From NCBI GenBank assembly GCA_016748015.1, contig JAAOMT010000135.1, positions 1,220,498-1,284,497 of the forward strand: a DNA stretch of 64,000 nt, read 5' to 3'. The translations under genes and the position numbers were made by a program. This stretch comes from Geosiphon pyriformis uo1 (taxonomy: Eukaryota; Fungi; Glomeromycota). Below are positions 53,985 through 64,000 of the stretch, one piece after another; position 1 is the first letter of the stretch; each line of letters begins with the position of its first letter. The notes under the pieces were generated by a model that worked only from the letters and a program-made list of their open reading frames with translations, did no database searches and was not told where the DNA came from.

Positions 53985-54802
53985 TGTTACTCATAAAAAG
54001 AAAACAGATAGAGAAAATAGCAGACCAATAAGAGAATACTATTTAGCATATAAGCACATTGCTTAGCAATGTGGAGCAATGTCAGAAATCATGGCACATT
54101 GCTCAGCAATATGGAGCAATGTCAGAAAGCATGGCACATTGCTTAGCAATGTGAAGCAATATTAGAAAATTAGGGCACATTGTTCAGCAATGTGAGCAAT
54201 CTTATAGAACATCAATTATGTATATATAGTAGTAGCATTAAAAGTAGAAAGCGCAGAATCCTTTAGTTAGAAATCTTCCATCAAAAAAATATCAAATAAA
54301 TAAATCATTTACCATCCAAATCCACTCTTTACTATCAACATAAAGTGTTGATAGTAATTGATACTTAACCACACTGGAACAATAGCTTTTGATTATGATT
54401 ATTGACAAATACTAACTTGTGCATTGCCTTGGCTTATTTCTTTTCTTGATTTTATTGTTGTATATTAACTGATTAAGGATTAAAGTGCTGAGTAATTGAC
54501 GTCACAAATAGTCTGGTAAAAGACCCAGAAATAAGGGTAAAATTATATATATATTAACAGATAGCTTATCAGAAGGGCATGAATGCTAGAATAAACTGGC
54601 CACCAAGCTGAAGACAAAAATTGGAAACACAACTTACCAACCAACTACATTGTTATTGAATCTCTGTTTATTATACAAAAGACTCAATGCTAAAACCTTC
54701 AAATACAACCAATATACCAATAACACCAGCATTGTCAAGATATTGAGCACCAAGTTATGGATTTGTTATTTGATTTAAGACCCCAAATAATCATCTGTAA
54801 CA
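53985..54802 (+). repeat. 3' LTR of element C
   Basis: Perfect TGTTAC...GTAACA termini. Confidence 0.96.
54054..54200 (+). repeat. 40-bp tandem array of palindromic units in LTR U3
   Basis: Unit GCACATTGCTYAGCAATGTGGAGCAATGTCAGAAAkCATG, 4 copies. Confidence 0.9.
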
Positions 54803-54806
54803 CCAT

Positions 54807-57484
54807 AGAACTTAATTAGGACCCAGAACCAGTCATAAATTTTTTGGATCCAGAGCAATTTCATGAACACTACCAAGAATTAGTGCCCACAAGAAAAGAG
54901 CAAAAGCAACACTTAAAACAGCTGAACACTCAACTGTATTAACACTGCCTAATTCTATGTGACTTCCAATATTGTAATGAGTGTGACCTTATTTACAATT
55001 CATCACCACACATGATTTACACAATCCTGGAAGAGAAAAAACCAATCAACAGCTGTGCATCAGAATCAAAATCAACTTTCAATCTTAATTCAAACTCTAA
55101 CAATGATGATGACAAAAACAATGGTTTCAGTTCTACTCAATATGACAACAAAAATAACAATGATTCATACTCCAATTCAAACCCCAAAACATATATTGCA
55201 CTTTTTGATCTCTCCAAGAAGCAGAAACTCAGATGGTTCATTAATAATAATGAAGATATTATGCCAGAATGTGTACATAATACCAATGCCAAGTTTGATC
55301 TGAGATATTTAGAGAAGGATGCCATTAAATTGGAACCATATTTGCACACATGCATTGATCTCAAAGTAGCATTAGAAATTTCAGCAACAACAATAGTTCA
55401 ACTAACATCTAGAAGTAGCTTAGCAAAAAAAAGAATCAACATCAGAGGAGAAATAATTAACACAGGATATGTAGAAAATATTATTACAATGCTACAAAAT
55501 AACTCAAAAAAAACCTATATTATAGAGCCAAATGAAAAAATAGCACAGACAATATTCTTGCCTCTGATTAAAATAGCTCAATTAGTATTAATAAAAAACA
55601 GAGAAAAATTAAAAATTACAGTTAGAGTGATACAGAGTTTCGAATTTATGGATAGAATAGATGTACTAGTTAATATGGCAAGAAAAAAAATTGTTGATAA
55701 GGAAGAAATTATCTTCACTCATCAATCAATCTCCATTCTATTATATGACTAGTACATGGTAACCATAAAGAGAAAAGTAAAGGATCAGATACAGATTTTT
55801 GAGACAGAAGCAACACTTTGTGAATCTGGAAAGATTAGATTAATCAATCTATACATATCAGCCAAGAACCACAGGAACATCAAAATTCTCATTTACAACA
55901 ACACAAGAGAAACCATTAAGATACCAAAAGAAACTACTATTGGATACTTGACCACTGAAGTTGAGAACCAACTACTCAACACTATTCTAGACTTTCTACA
56001 ACTGTGTAGATATGTAGATATTACATTTCAAACAATATATGGATGAGAAGAATGTTATTTGTTCTAACCAGAACAATTGGAACAGATAAACTTAGAAAAT
56101 TTAGACCCACTACAACATAGCAGCTCAAAATGTTACTCAATAACTTTAACAACATCTTTGCCAGCAAAAACAAATTTGGCAAAACTGATATTATTCAACA
56201 TCAGATAAAAACTGAAGATATAATGCCAATCAAACAAAGAGCATACCAAATACCACCAGCCAGCCATGAGATCATTTGTTAAAAAATCAATCAAATACTT
56301 GACAATAGGCTAATTCAGCCATCAATGAATTCATAATCATTACCAGTGGTACTAGTCCATAAGAAAAATAGAAAAATTCACTTTTGTGTGGATTACTAGA
56401 AACTGAATAAAGTAACCAAAGAAGATAGTTATTTAACACCAAAAATCCAAGAGCTGTTTGACACTTTTGGAGGAAAAAAATGGTTTTTAACTTTAGACTT
56501 AGACAGTAGTTACTGGCAAGTAGCCATGAAACCAGAAAACAAGGAGAAAATGGCTTTTACAACTCGAGAAAGAAATTTCAAATTTGAAATGATGCCATTT
56601 GGCTTGATAAATGCTCTAGCCATATCTTAACAGTTCATGAAAATTGTCTATATGGGACTGTTATGGAAATCAGTAGTCGTATATTTGGATAACACCAATG
56701 TATTTTCAAAAACATTTGATAATCATCTGCATTATCTTCAACAAGTATTTGAAAGACTCAGATGAGCAGAATTAAAATTAAATACAAATAAATGCTTTTT
56801 TAGCAAAACAGAACTCAAATTTTTGGGACATGTTGTGAGCAAAAACAGTATCAAAACGGATCCAGATAAGATTGAGACTGTTAAAAACTTTCCAGTACCA
56901 AATAATCTCACAGAATTAAGAGCATTTTTGGGATTTGCTGGATACTACTGCCACTTTATCAAAGACTTTTCCAAAATAGTTCAACTTCTATACCAACTCC
57001 AAACAAAGAACACCAAATATAAATGGACTGAAATCCAACAAAAAGCCTTTAACATACTGAGAAGAAAGCTTATTCAAGCTTCAGTATTAATCTATTCAGA
57101 CCACAACAAACCATTCATAATTACCACTAATGTATCTGATCAAGCATTGGAAGCAATATTATCTCAGAAAAAACCAGATGGACAAGAACATCCAGTAGCT
57201 TATACCAGTAGAAGCTTAAGTTCAGCTGAAAAAAACTATGGAACTCTAGTACTAAAACACTTAGCTATCTATTGGACTGTTATCAAATGGAAAAAATACT
57301 TGAGTCAAAAATTTGATGTGTACACTGATCATAAAGAATTGACTTCAATTCAGAAGCAAGAATTTGAAGACAATTGCCATGTTAAATGGAAAATAGAACT
57401 TTTATCATTTAATTATACAGTACATTACAAAAAAAGAAAAAAAATAGAAATGCTGATGAATTGTCACAAATGAGACAAATTTAA
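54807..57484 (+). pseudogene. Element B ORF1, 3' part (dUTPase, RT, RNase H)
   Basis: NAKFDLRY, TSRSSLAK, INTGY, EKIAQ; MPFGL; RAFLGFAGYY; YTDH. Confidence 0.92.
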
Positions 57485-57514
57485 AAACATTTTAACTCAA
57501 AAATATAACAAAAG

Positions 57515-58898
57515 ATAAATATACAAAAATACCAACAACTTCAACATTATATAAATACCCAATTGTTCAAGGAGAAATTATCTCAAAAAAAACAAAACAG
57601 CATAAAACAGCAATCAAAATATTTTATCAACCATCAAAATATACTTTACCAAAAAAACAAAAGAAATTCAGATCAACCAACCAGAGTAATTACAGAACCA
57701 GAAAAAGAGACAATATTATTTAACATGCACTTAGATTTAATAGCAGAACATTTTCACAAAGAAGCAACCATGAAAAGAACCAGAAAAAGATACTATTGGC
57801 CATCAATATATTCAGATATTACTTAATATATGCAAAATTATAATGCTTGTCAAAGGAAAGAAGAAACAAAACCCAATGAACCATTGAGACTAATTAAAGT
57901 GAGACAACCATTCGATCATATTGGAATTGACTTAGTTGGACCATTAACAATCACCAACAAAGGCAACAGATATATTGCAGTAGCCATGGACTATCTTACA
58001 AAATGGCCAGAAGCAAAAGCCATTCAAAGAGCAGATGCAGAATTTATTGCTGAATTTGTTTATCAAGATTTGATCTGTCAACATAAATGTCTAAAAAAAC
58101 TACTATCAGATCAAGGAACTCACTTTGTGAATAGAATATTGGTAGAATTAAGTCAAATATTTGGAATAAAAAGACTATTATTATTACCATACCATCTACA
58201 AACAAATAGGTTAGTTGAAAGATTCAATAGAACATTGTGTAAAGCAATAGCTAAAATCAGCCAAGAAAACCAGAACAAATGGAATTTGTTTATACTATTA
58301 GTATTATTTGTTTACTGGAAAATGAAGCAAGACACTACACAAGCAACACTATTTGAATTAGTATATAGTAGAATAGCAATATTTACCAATTGAAATAAAA
58401 GTTAAAACATATCCAACAGAACCAATAACAAAAGAGAATTTCCAAAGAACATTGTTGAGAAAAACATATGACTTAATGGAGACACTAAAAAACAAATGGC
58501 TAAAAGCAGCTGATAATATTCAAAAGTCACAAGAAAAACAAAAAGAAAGACACAATAATCAACTATTAGATAAACTAGTTAAATTCAAGATTAGAGACAA
58601 AGTACTTTTACATCATACCAAAGCAGAAAAACAATGAAGTAAAAAATTTGACCCCAAATGGGATAGACTATTTTACATAGAAGAAATTCTAGGAAATAGA
58701 ACTTATAAATTAAGGTTGAACAACAAAATCTTAACCAAGACAGCACATAGAAATCAACTGAAACTATATCAAAACATAACATTAGCATCCACCAGTAATA
58801 TTCTACAACTGGAAGCACAAAGAATACTAGTTCAACCAGATGAGATTCCACAAGATTTGGAACCAATCATAGTTATTGAACTAAACACATCAAATTGA
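57515..58898 (+). pseudogene. Element B integrase (stand-alone ORF; start decayed to ATA)
   Basis: IGIDLVGPL, SDQGTHF, LVERFNRTL. Confidence 0.92.
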
Positions 58899-58953
58899 AC
58901 AACCAAAAGAGTATATAAAGACATGATATATGCGACAAAAGCAATAAAAAAAA

Positions 58954-59589
58954 ATGAAAATACCAGACCATATTCACACTTTAGCTTAACAATTGTTTCA
59001 GGCTTTAAGTCAACAACAAGTAAACATAGAAATTATCATTAACAATCAAACAATCTGTTATCAAAACACCAAAAAAAAAGAGAAAAGTACACTATACTAG
59101 TGACCACAAAAACAATCAATAAACTGGTTAGATAAAATAGTAAAGAAAGTAATAAACACTTTTGGAAAGATAACCATCATCATTCCAACAGAAAAACTGA
59201 CAAAAGAAAATTGGAACCAATAAATAGACCAACTTCCAATACCATACTGCTACTATCAATTGGAACAAAAAGTAGATATTCAGAAGTTATATCTTGACAA
59301 ATTCAAAAGAATCTTTAATTAAGAGATAGTCCAGAACATTGAAGACATTATTGGAAAGAAAACAAACTTAACACTACACATCAGAACTATTTATTGACTA
59401 TACACTATATTTTAAAACTACCCAGAAGTATTGTTACACTCTGATATAGAAACAATAACCATTAACCAATAGGGAAGAATAAACAAGTCACAAATTAAAG
59501 AAATAAAAAGTAGAGTGGAACAGATGTTACTGGAAAAAAAAGTATTTGACATAATTCAAAATGAGAATTTTAATAGAGCTCAATATTAA
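58954..59589 (+). pseudogene. Element B orphan ORF3 (211 codons)
   Basis: MKIPDHIHTLA...QNENFNRAQY*. Confidence 0.8.
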
Positions 59590-59602
59590 AAGAAGAAGAT
59601 AA

Positions 59603-60450
59603 TATTACTCATAAAAAAAAAAGAAAAACAGATATAGAAAATAGTGGATTAATAGGAGAGTAGTAGTTAGCATGTAAGCACATTGTTTAGCAATGTGGAG
59701 CAATGTCAGAAATCACAGCATATTGTTTAGCAATGTAGAGCGATGTTAAAAAATTAGGGCATATTGCTTAGCAATATAAGCATTGCTCAAGAAATCATAA
59801 CATATTGCTTGAAAATGTGAGTGATCTCATAGAACATTAATTATGTATATATAGCAGTAGCATTAGAAGAAAAAAAGACAGACCTCTTAGTTTAGATTTG
59901 ATCTAAGCAATCTTCCACTTCACAAATATTAATAAATAAATATTCAATATTTCCAATCCACTCCCTACTATTAACACTTTATGTTGATAGTAGTTGATAC
60001 TTAACCACACTAGAACAATAGCTTTTAATCATAGCTATTAATAGAATACTAACTTGCAATTGTCTTGGCTTATTTCTTTATCTTCTTTTATTTTTCTTTT
60101 ATTTTCTTGGTGATTTTTTTGTTTTACTAATTGATTAAAGATTAAAAAGTGCTGAGTTACAGACGTTATAAAAACTGATAAAAAATTCATGAAACAAGAG
60201 TAGAACACTCATAGAATTGAAGATAGCTTATCAGAAGGATTACTGGCCACCATGCTAAGAAAAAAATTTGACAGAATTGTAATTCTGAAAGGCTACTGAA
60301 ACAACAATTGAATCTCTGTTCATTATACAAAGAACTAACCCAAAACCTTCAGATACAAACAATCTTTAGAAACCAAAATCATTATATTAATTAAGCACCA
60401 AGTTATGGATTTGTTATTTGCTTTAAGATCCTAAATAATTATTTGTAATA
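59603..60450 (+). repeat. 3' LTR of element B
   Basis: Repeat of 40645-41386; follows the PPT. Confidence 0.93.
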
Positions 60451-61190
60451 ACACTGTTGTTTATTAATTGCCATTCAGAAATATCTGTATAATAAGAAGT
60501 ATCCCAATGTGTTGTGTTTTTATTGTGAAGATGTAAAAAGTTCTGACCATTCATTTGTGTATGTGTTTGATATTAGGGTTTGTGAATATTTAATTAGGTT
60601 TTATCTGTTTTAGTAGAATATTTTATCAGGTTTGAACTTGGTTTCATCTTAGGTTTTGCAGATGCTTTCTTTGTGTGTTTTAGATGACATTATTTATATT
60701 ACTTTGTGTAAGGGTTTTTTGTTCAAAGATTGGTTTTTGGAGGCCTTATTCATTTTTGATGAAATTAAAATTGCCAGTAAGATTGTTGTAAATTTTGTTT
60801 GAAATTTAAGGGTGGCTTATTATACTAATATATGGATGATTTGGGCCAAGTATAGGGCAATTATAAAGAGAAAAAGCCTGATTATAGGTAATAGTTTGTT
60901 ATTACCTAAGATCTATAGTCTGTTTTCTTTGCTTTCTGTTGGGATTATTAGGTTGCTTGGTGTTGTTAAAGCACTTGGTATTAGCTTTGGTTTTTGTAGG
61001 CCTTGTTGTTTTTTTTTTGGTGTTGATAATACAGTATTTGTTAAAATAGATTTGTACTATTGCTTTAATTAATTTAAGTGACTGGTTATATGTAAAAAGT
61101 ACATGATTTGTGTCTAGTTTAAATCACTTAATTTGATGTATTATGCTAGATAGCATTTGGGTCTCATTTATTAAACTTTAAAAAAAAAAA

Positions 61191-63207
61191 TCAGAAAATG
61201 TCTGAAGATTAAAGCTGGTTTTTCATGTGATTTTCTTATAGATGTATTGCTACATCTGTTTTTTTATGGCATAAAACTTTTTGGCCAAATCCAAGCTGAA
61301 AGTAAATTGTTTTTTGTCATACACTTTAAGTGTTTTTAGTAGATTTTTTATTTACTATTGTTTAGATTTGCAAATTTTCAGTTGGTTGCAAATTCATCTT
61401 TTATATTGTTCTGTTAAATTAAAAAAATCAGTTCTAAAAATAATTTTTTAGCTGGGATCATGAAAATTTTTTCATTTTGTAGTTTATTCTTTTGTAATGC
61501 TTTGTCAAATATGTTTCATTTTACTGGTAATATGCTAATATTCAAAATTATTGGAGATGCAGATTTTTTTTAAACTGTTTATTTGTTGAAGTATTATGAT
61601 ATTATTTTTGTGGAACAGTTGCTGAACAAAAATGAAGTTTGTTTTAAATAGAAATGTTTTAAACATTGGAAGTACATAAATTTGTGAAACCCAATTTTAG
61701 ACTGGTTTAGCTCAATTATCAAGTTTCTGAAAAGCAGATTAACTATAACCAGTGTTATGTTCAATTTTGTAATAGACTTTTTCTTGGCTTTAATACAACA
61801 AATCAAATTTATCACACTAAGCAAGTGTTGCTAAAGTCTGGTTTAAGTTTTTTTAATGTGTATACTAATGAATCTGTAAAAAATTTTAGATTGACTTCAG
61901 CCACTGGAAATGCTGTGGCTTTTTTTTTTAACATTGACTTTGGTATTGGAATTAGAGTTCATGGTGTTCTGTTATCAACTTTGTCTAAACTGAAGACTAT
62001 TTTTTTTGTACTTACTTGTATTCTTATTGAATGTAATATGATAGTTTATTCAGACAGCCAAGCTGCTATTTATGTGTGTATTAATGAATTAAATTTGGCT
62101 TTGTCAGATTTTAGGAAGTGCTTGTGGATAAAACATTAACAGATAATGAATTTTATTAAAGTAAAAAAGCTTATGGTATTTTGAGTCAAAATTAAAGATT
62201 ATCCTGGTATTGCAAAAAATAAATGTATTAATGCATTTATTTCTAATACTTGCTTTTCTAATTCAGTCTTTTTAATAATAGTATATAAGCTTTTTGTACT
62301 ATTAAATGATTTGGTATTGTCTTGCAATGTTTGTTACTATGTCAAAGATTTCTTTAAAACTTTGTGTCATGCTAACTGAGAAAATAAGTCTGGTTCTAAA
62401 ATGGAAAATATTTTTAATGTTTACAGAGTTAATTGAAAAAGAACTTTAAAAGTATAACATCTTGATAAAAACATGACTTTTGGTTTTACAAGCCACTTTT
62501 CAGCTGCTTTGTAGACTTATTTTATGAAGACTGTGTATGGGTATTTGCCAATAGTTATTTGGAAACACCTATACAACACTTTATATTTTAGTGTGAAATA
62601 TGTGTTTTGTAATAAGACCAAGACTTTTGACCATGTTTTTGAATATGTTTATAATAACATTAATTGTAGTAATATCTTAGCTAAGTTTGAAAAGTGATAA
62701 GTATTAATACCTAATATTGTGAAACCATCTTCTGTCATTATTCATAATCTATCTTTTTGCAAGAATAATCTTGGTTTGTATTTCATTTTGGTTAAAGATT
62801 TTGTGTCTGTTAGTTAGTATTATGAATTTCTGGTGGTTTTTGGTAATTCAGAACTAGTTAGTATCCAAATAGTAATGTTTGTGAAAAACTTGTATGTGTT
62901 CACAGATCTGAAATATAATATTACAGATCTAAACATAAAGCCAATATGAAAAAGAGAGATTTGGTATCTGCTAATAGTAGTGAATCTCTTGTTTTGGTCG
63001 ATAGTATTGACAAATTAAATAATAGTGTGGTTTTGCTGCTTAATATTGAAGAAATTAGAGATGTGTATTCTAATTTGTGCTGTAGTTGCTTGTTTTTTTC
63101 AGGTTTGAGTAATAAATTAGTAATAATAGTTAACATATAATATAGTTTTAATTAGTCTAAATAACTGGTCACATATAGCAAATACATGAATTACATTTAG
63201 TTTACAA
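61191..63207 (+). mobile_element. Second, 5'-truncated LINE (post-RT region, RNase H, CCHC, 3' UTR)
   Basis: IRKCLKIKAG, VYTNES (decayed VYTDGS), VYSDSQAA, YFMKTV, CVFC; 3' UTR motif at 63140-63205. Confidence 0.85.
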
Positions 63208-63215
63208 TATATATA

Positions 63216-63919
63216 TGTTGTATATCTTTAGATAATAATTGGGTTATACTCATTATTACCTGAGTAGAAAAACTGATCCAAAGTTATGAAGAAACATGAC
63301 CAAAACGTGACATAACACAGAATAACGTGCAATAATATTGGATAATATGTTATAACGTTGGATAACATGTTATAATGCAGGATAACACAGAATAGTACAC
63401 AATAATGTAGGATAATGTGTTACAATGCAGGATAACACAGAATAACATGTAATAACGTCAGATAATGTGTTATAACATAGGATAACTAGTGATAATGTAA
63501 AAAAACGAAGCAATAACAGAAACAACAAAGCAATAGCTAGCGATAGCAAGACAATTGAAAGCAATCCTGTAAAACCAAAAGAATGTATAAAAGCAAGTAG
63601 TTGTAGAAGTGAGAAAAGACAGAGAAAGAAGAAAAAATATATATGAACCTCTAGACCAGAAATTAAAATATCCATACTTCTTCATCCTTTATTATCTTCC
63701 CTATTTCATCTCCTGAAATAAACCAATTATTAAAAGAAATCAGAATCACAAATTCATGTTCTCGAACTTCATGAAATTTACATGAATTAACCTTTGTCTC
63801 GTACCTCTATTCTAGAACAAATGCTTCTAGCATAACTGCTTCTAGCATAACTGCTTCGAACCTATTAACAATTTGGACCAATTGCTCTTGATCATGGCGA
63901 TTGATAATACTAATTTATC

Positions 63920-64000
<81 letters not shown>
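63216..64000 (+). repeat. Start of an LTR from a different family, cut by the window end; 10-11-bp ATAAY minisatellite at about 63300-63500
   Basis: Begins TGTTG after a TA run; tandem array, TATA-like run, then the hairpin/TACTAA motif shared with LTRs A-C. Confidence 0.65.

Larger units (their letters stand above)
44871..54802 (+). mobile_element. Full-length Ty3/Gypsy element C (9.9 kb) nested in B, TSD CCAT
   Basis: CCAT at 44867-44870 and 54803-54806; LTR pair; PBS; PPT about 53972-53984. Confidence 0.96.
40645..60450 (+). mobile_element. Ty3/Gypsy element B (40645-44870 plus 54803-60450), interrupted by C; degenerate TSD GTAC/ACAC (inferred GCAC)
   Basis: LTR pair, PBS 41389-41405, PPT about 59588-59602; frame rejoins across C (NNLPKPI/EL..DPEP). 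Confidence 0.93.
25340..61190 (+). mobile_element. Non-LTR retrotransposon (LINE with APE, RT, RNase H, CCHC), split into about 25340-27873, 37959-40644 and 60451-61190 by LTR insertions
   Basis: Reading frame rejoins across both insertions (FCR/CSLVKTPTWSNS; YFMKAL/HCCLLIAIQK). IWKITTCN endonuclease start; GAFVNNTIW as decayed FVDD; WHK...GNKHAD RNase H; CFYC zinc finger; poly(A) at about 61180-61190. Internal deletion near 40160. Confidence 0.88.

Noticed and set aside
54054-54200. CRISPR-like array of palindromic repeats
   Set aside because: Inter-repeat segments are near-identical rather than unique spacers; the array lies within eukaryotic LTRs and there are no cas genes
32945-55364. 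Recurrent antisense ORFs over the dUTPase and protease regions
   Set aside because: Shadows of the sense coding frame, with boundaries that differ between copies
63370-63685. Membrane-protein-like ORFs on the minus strand
   Set aside because: Antisense reading of a purine-rich tract and minisatellite inside an LTR
63920-64000. Run of about 70 or more T
   Set aside because: Sits where the LTR pyrimidine tract is expected and at the window end; likely homopolymer expansion or assembly artefact

Overview
Eukaryotic, intron-containing fungal DNA, most consistent with a Glomeromycota-type genome (inference from gene structure and TE peptides). A compact island of three host genes (about 6.8-16.3 kb) holds a multi-exon ApsB/Mto1-like CM1 coiled-coil gene on the minus strand, an NSRP1/CCDC55-like gene and uroporphyrinogen-III synthase HEM4. 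It is flanked by AT-rich, decayed transposon relics and a 1.2 kb Tc1/mariner element with 32-bp TIRs. From about 25.3 to 61.2 kb, one LINE (ORF1; APE-RT-RNase H-CCHC ORF2) is interrupted by two full-length Ty3/Gypsy LTR elements (A, minus; B, plus), and B is itself interrupted by a third (C). All three have 4-bp TSDs. All TE ORFs are pseudogenised by C>T/G>A transitions, but the three copies reveal a shared, unusual ancestral design. ORF1 (Gag-protease-Cys-rich domain-dUTPase-RT-RNase H) has no AUG. Integrase is a separate ORF behind two conserved stop codons. A conserved 211-codon orphan ORF lies in the env position. The LTRs carry a 40-bp palindromic array, a hairpin whose loop is inverted between sister LTRs, a hairpin with a palindromic loop followed by TACTAAC (shared with an unrelated LTR family), and a U5 stem that pairs with the PBS.
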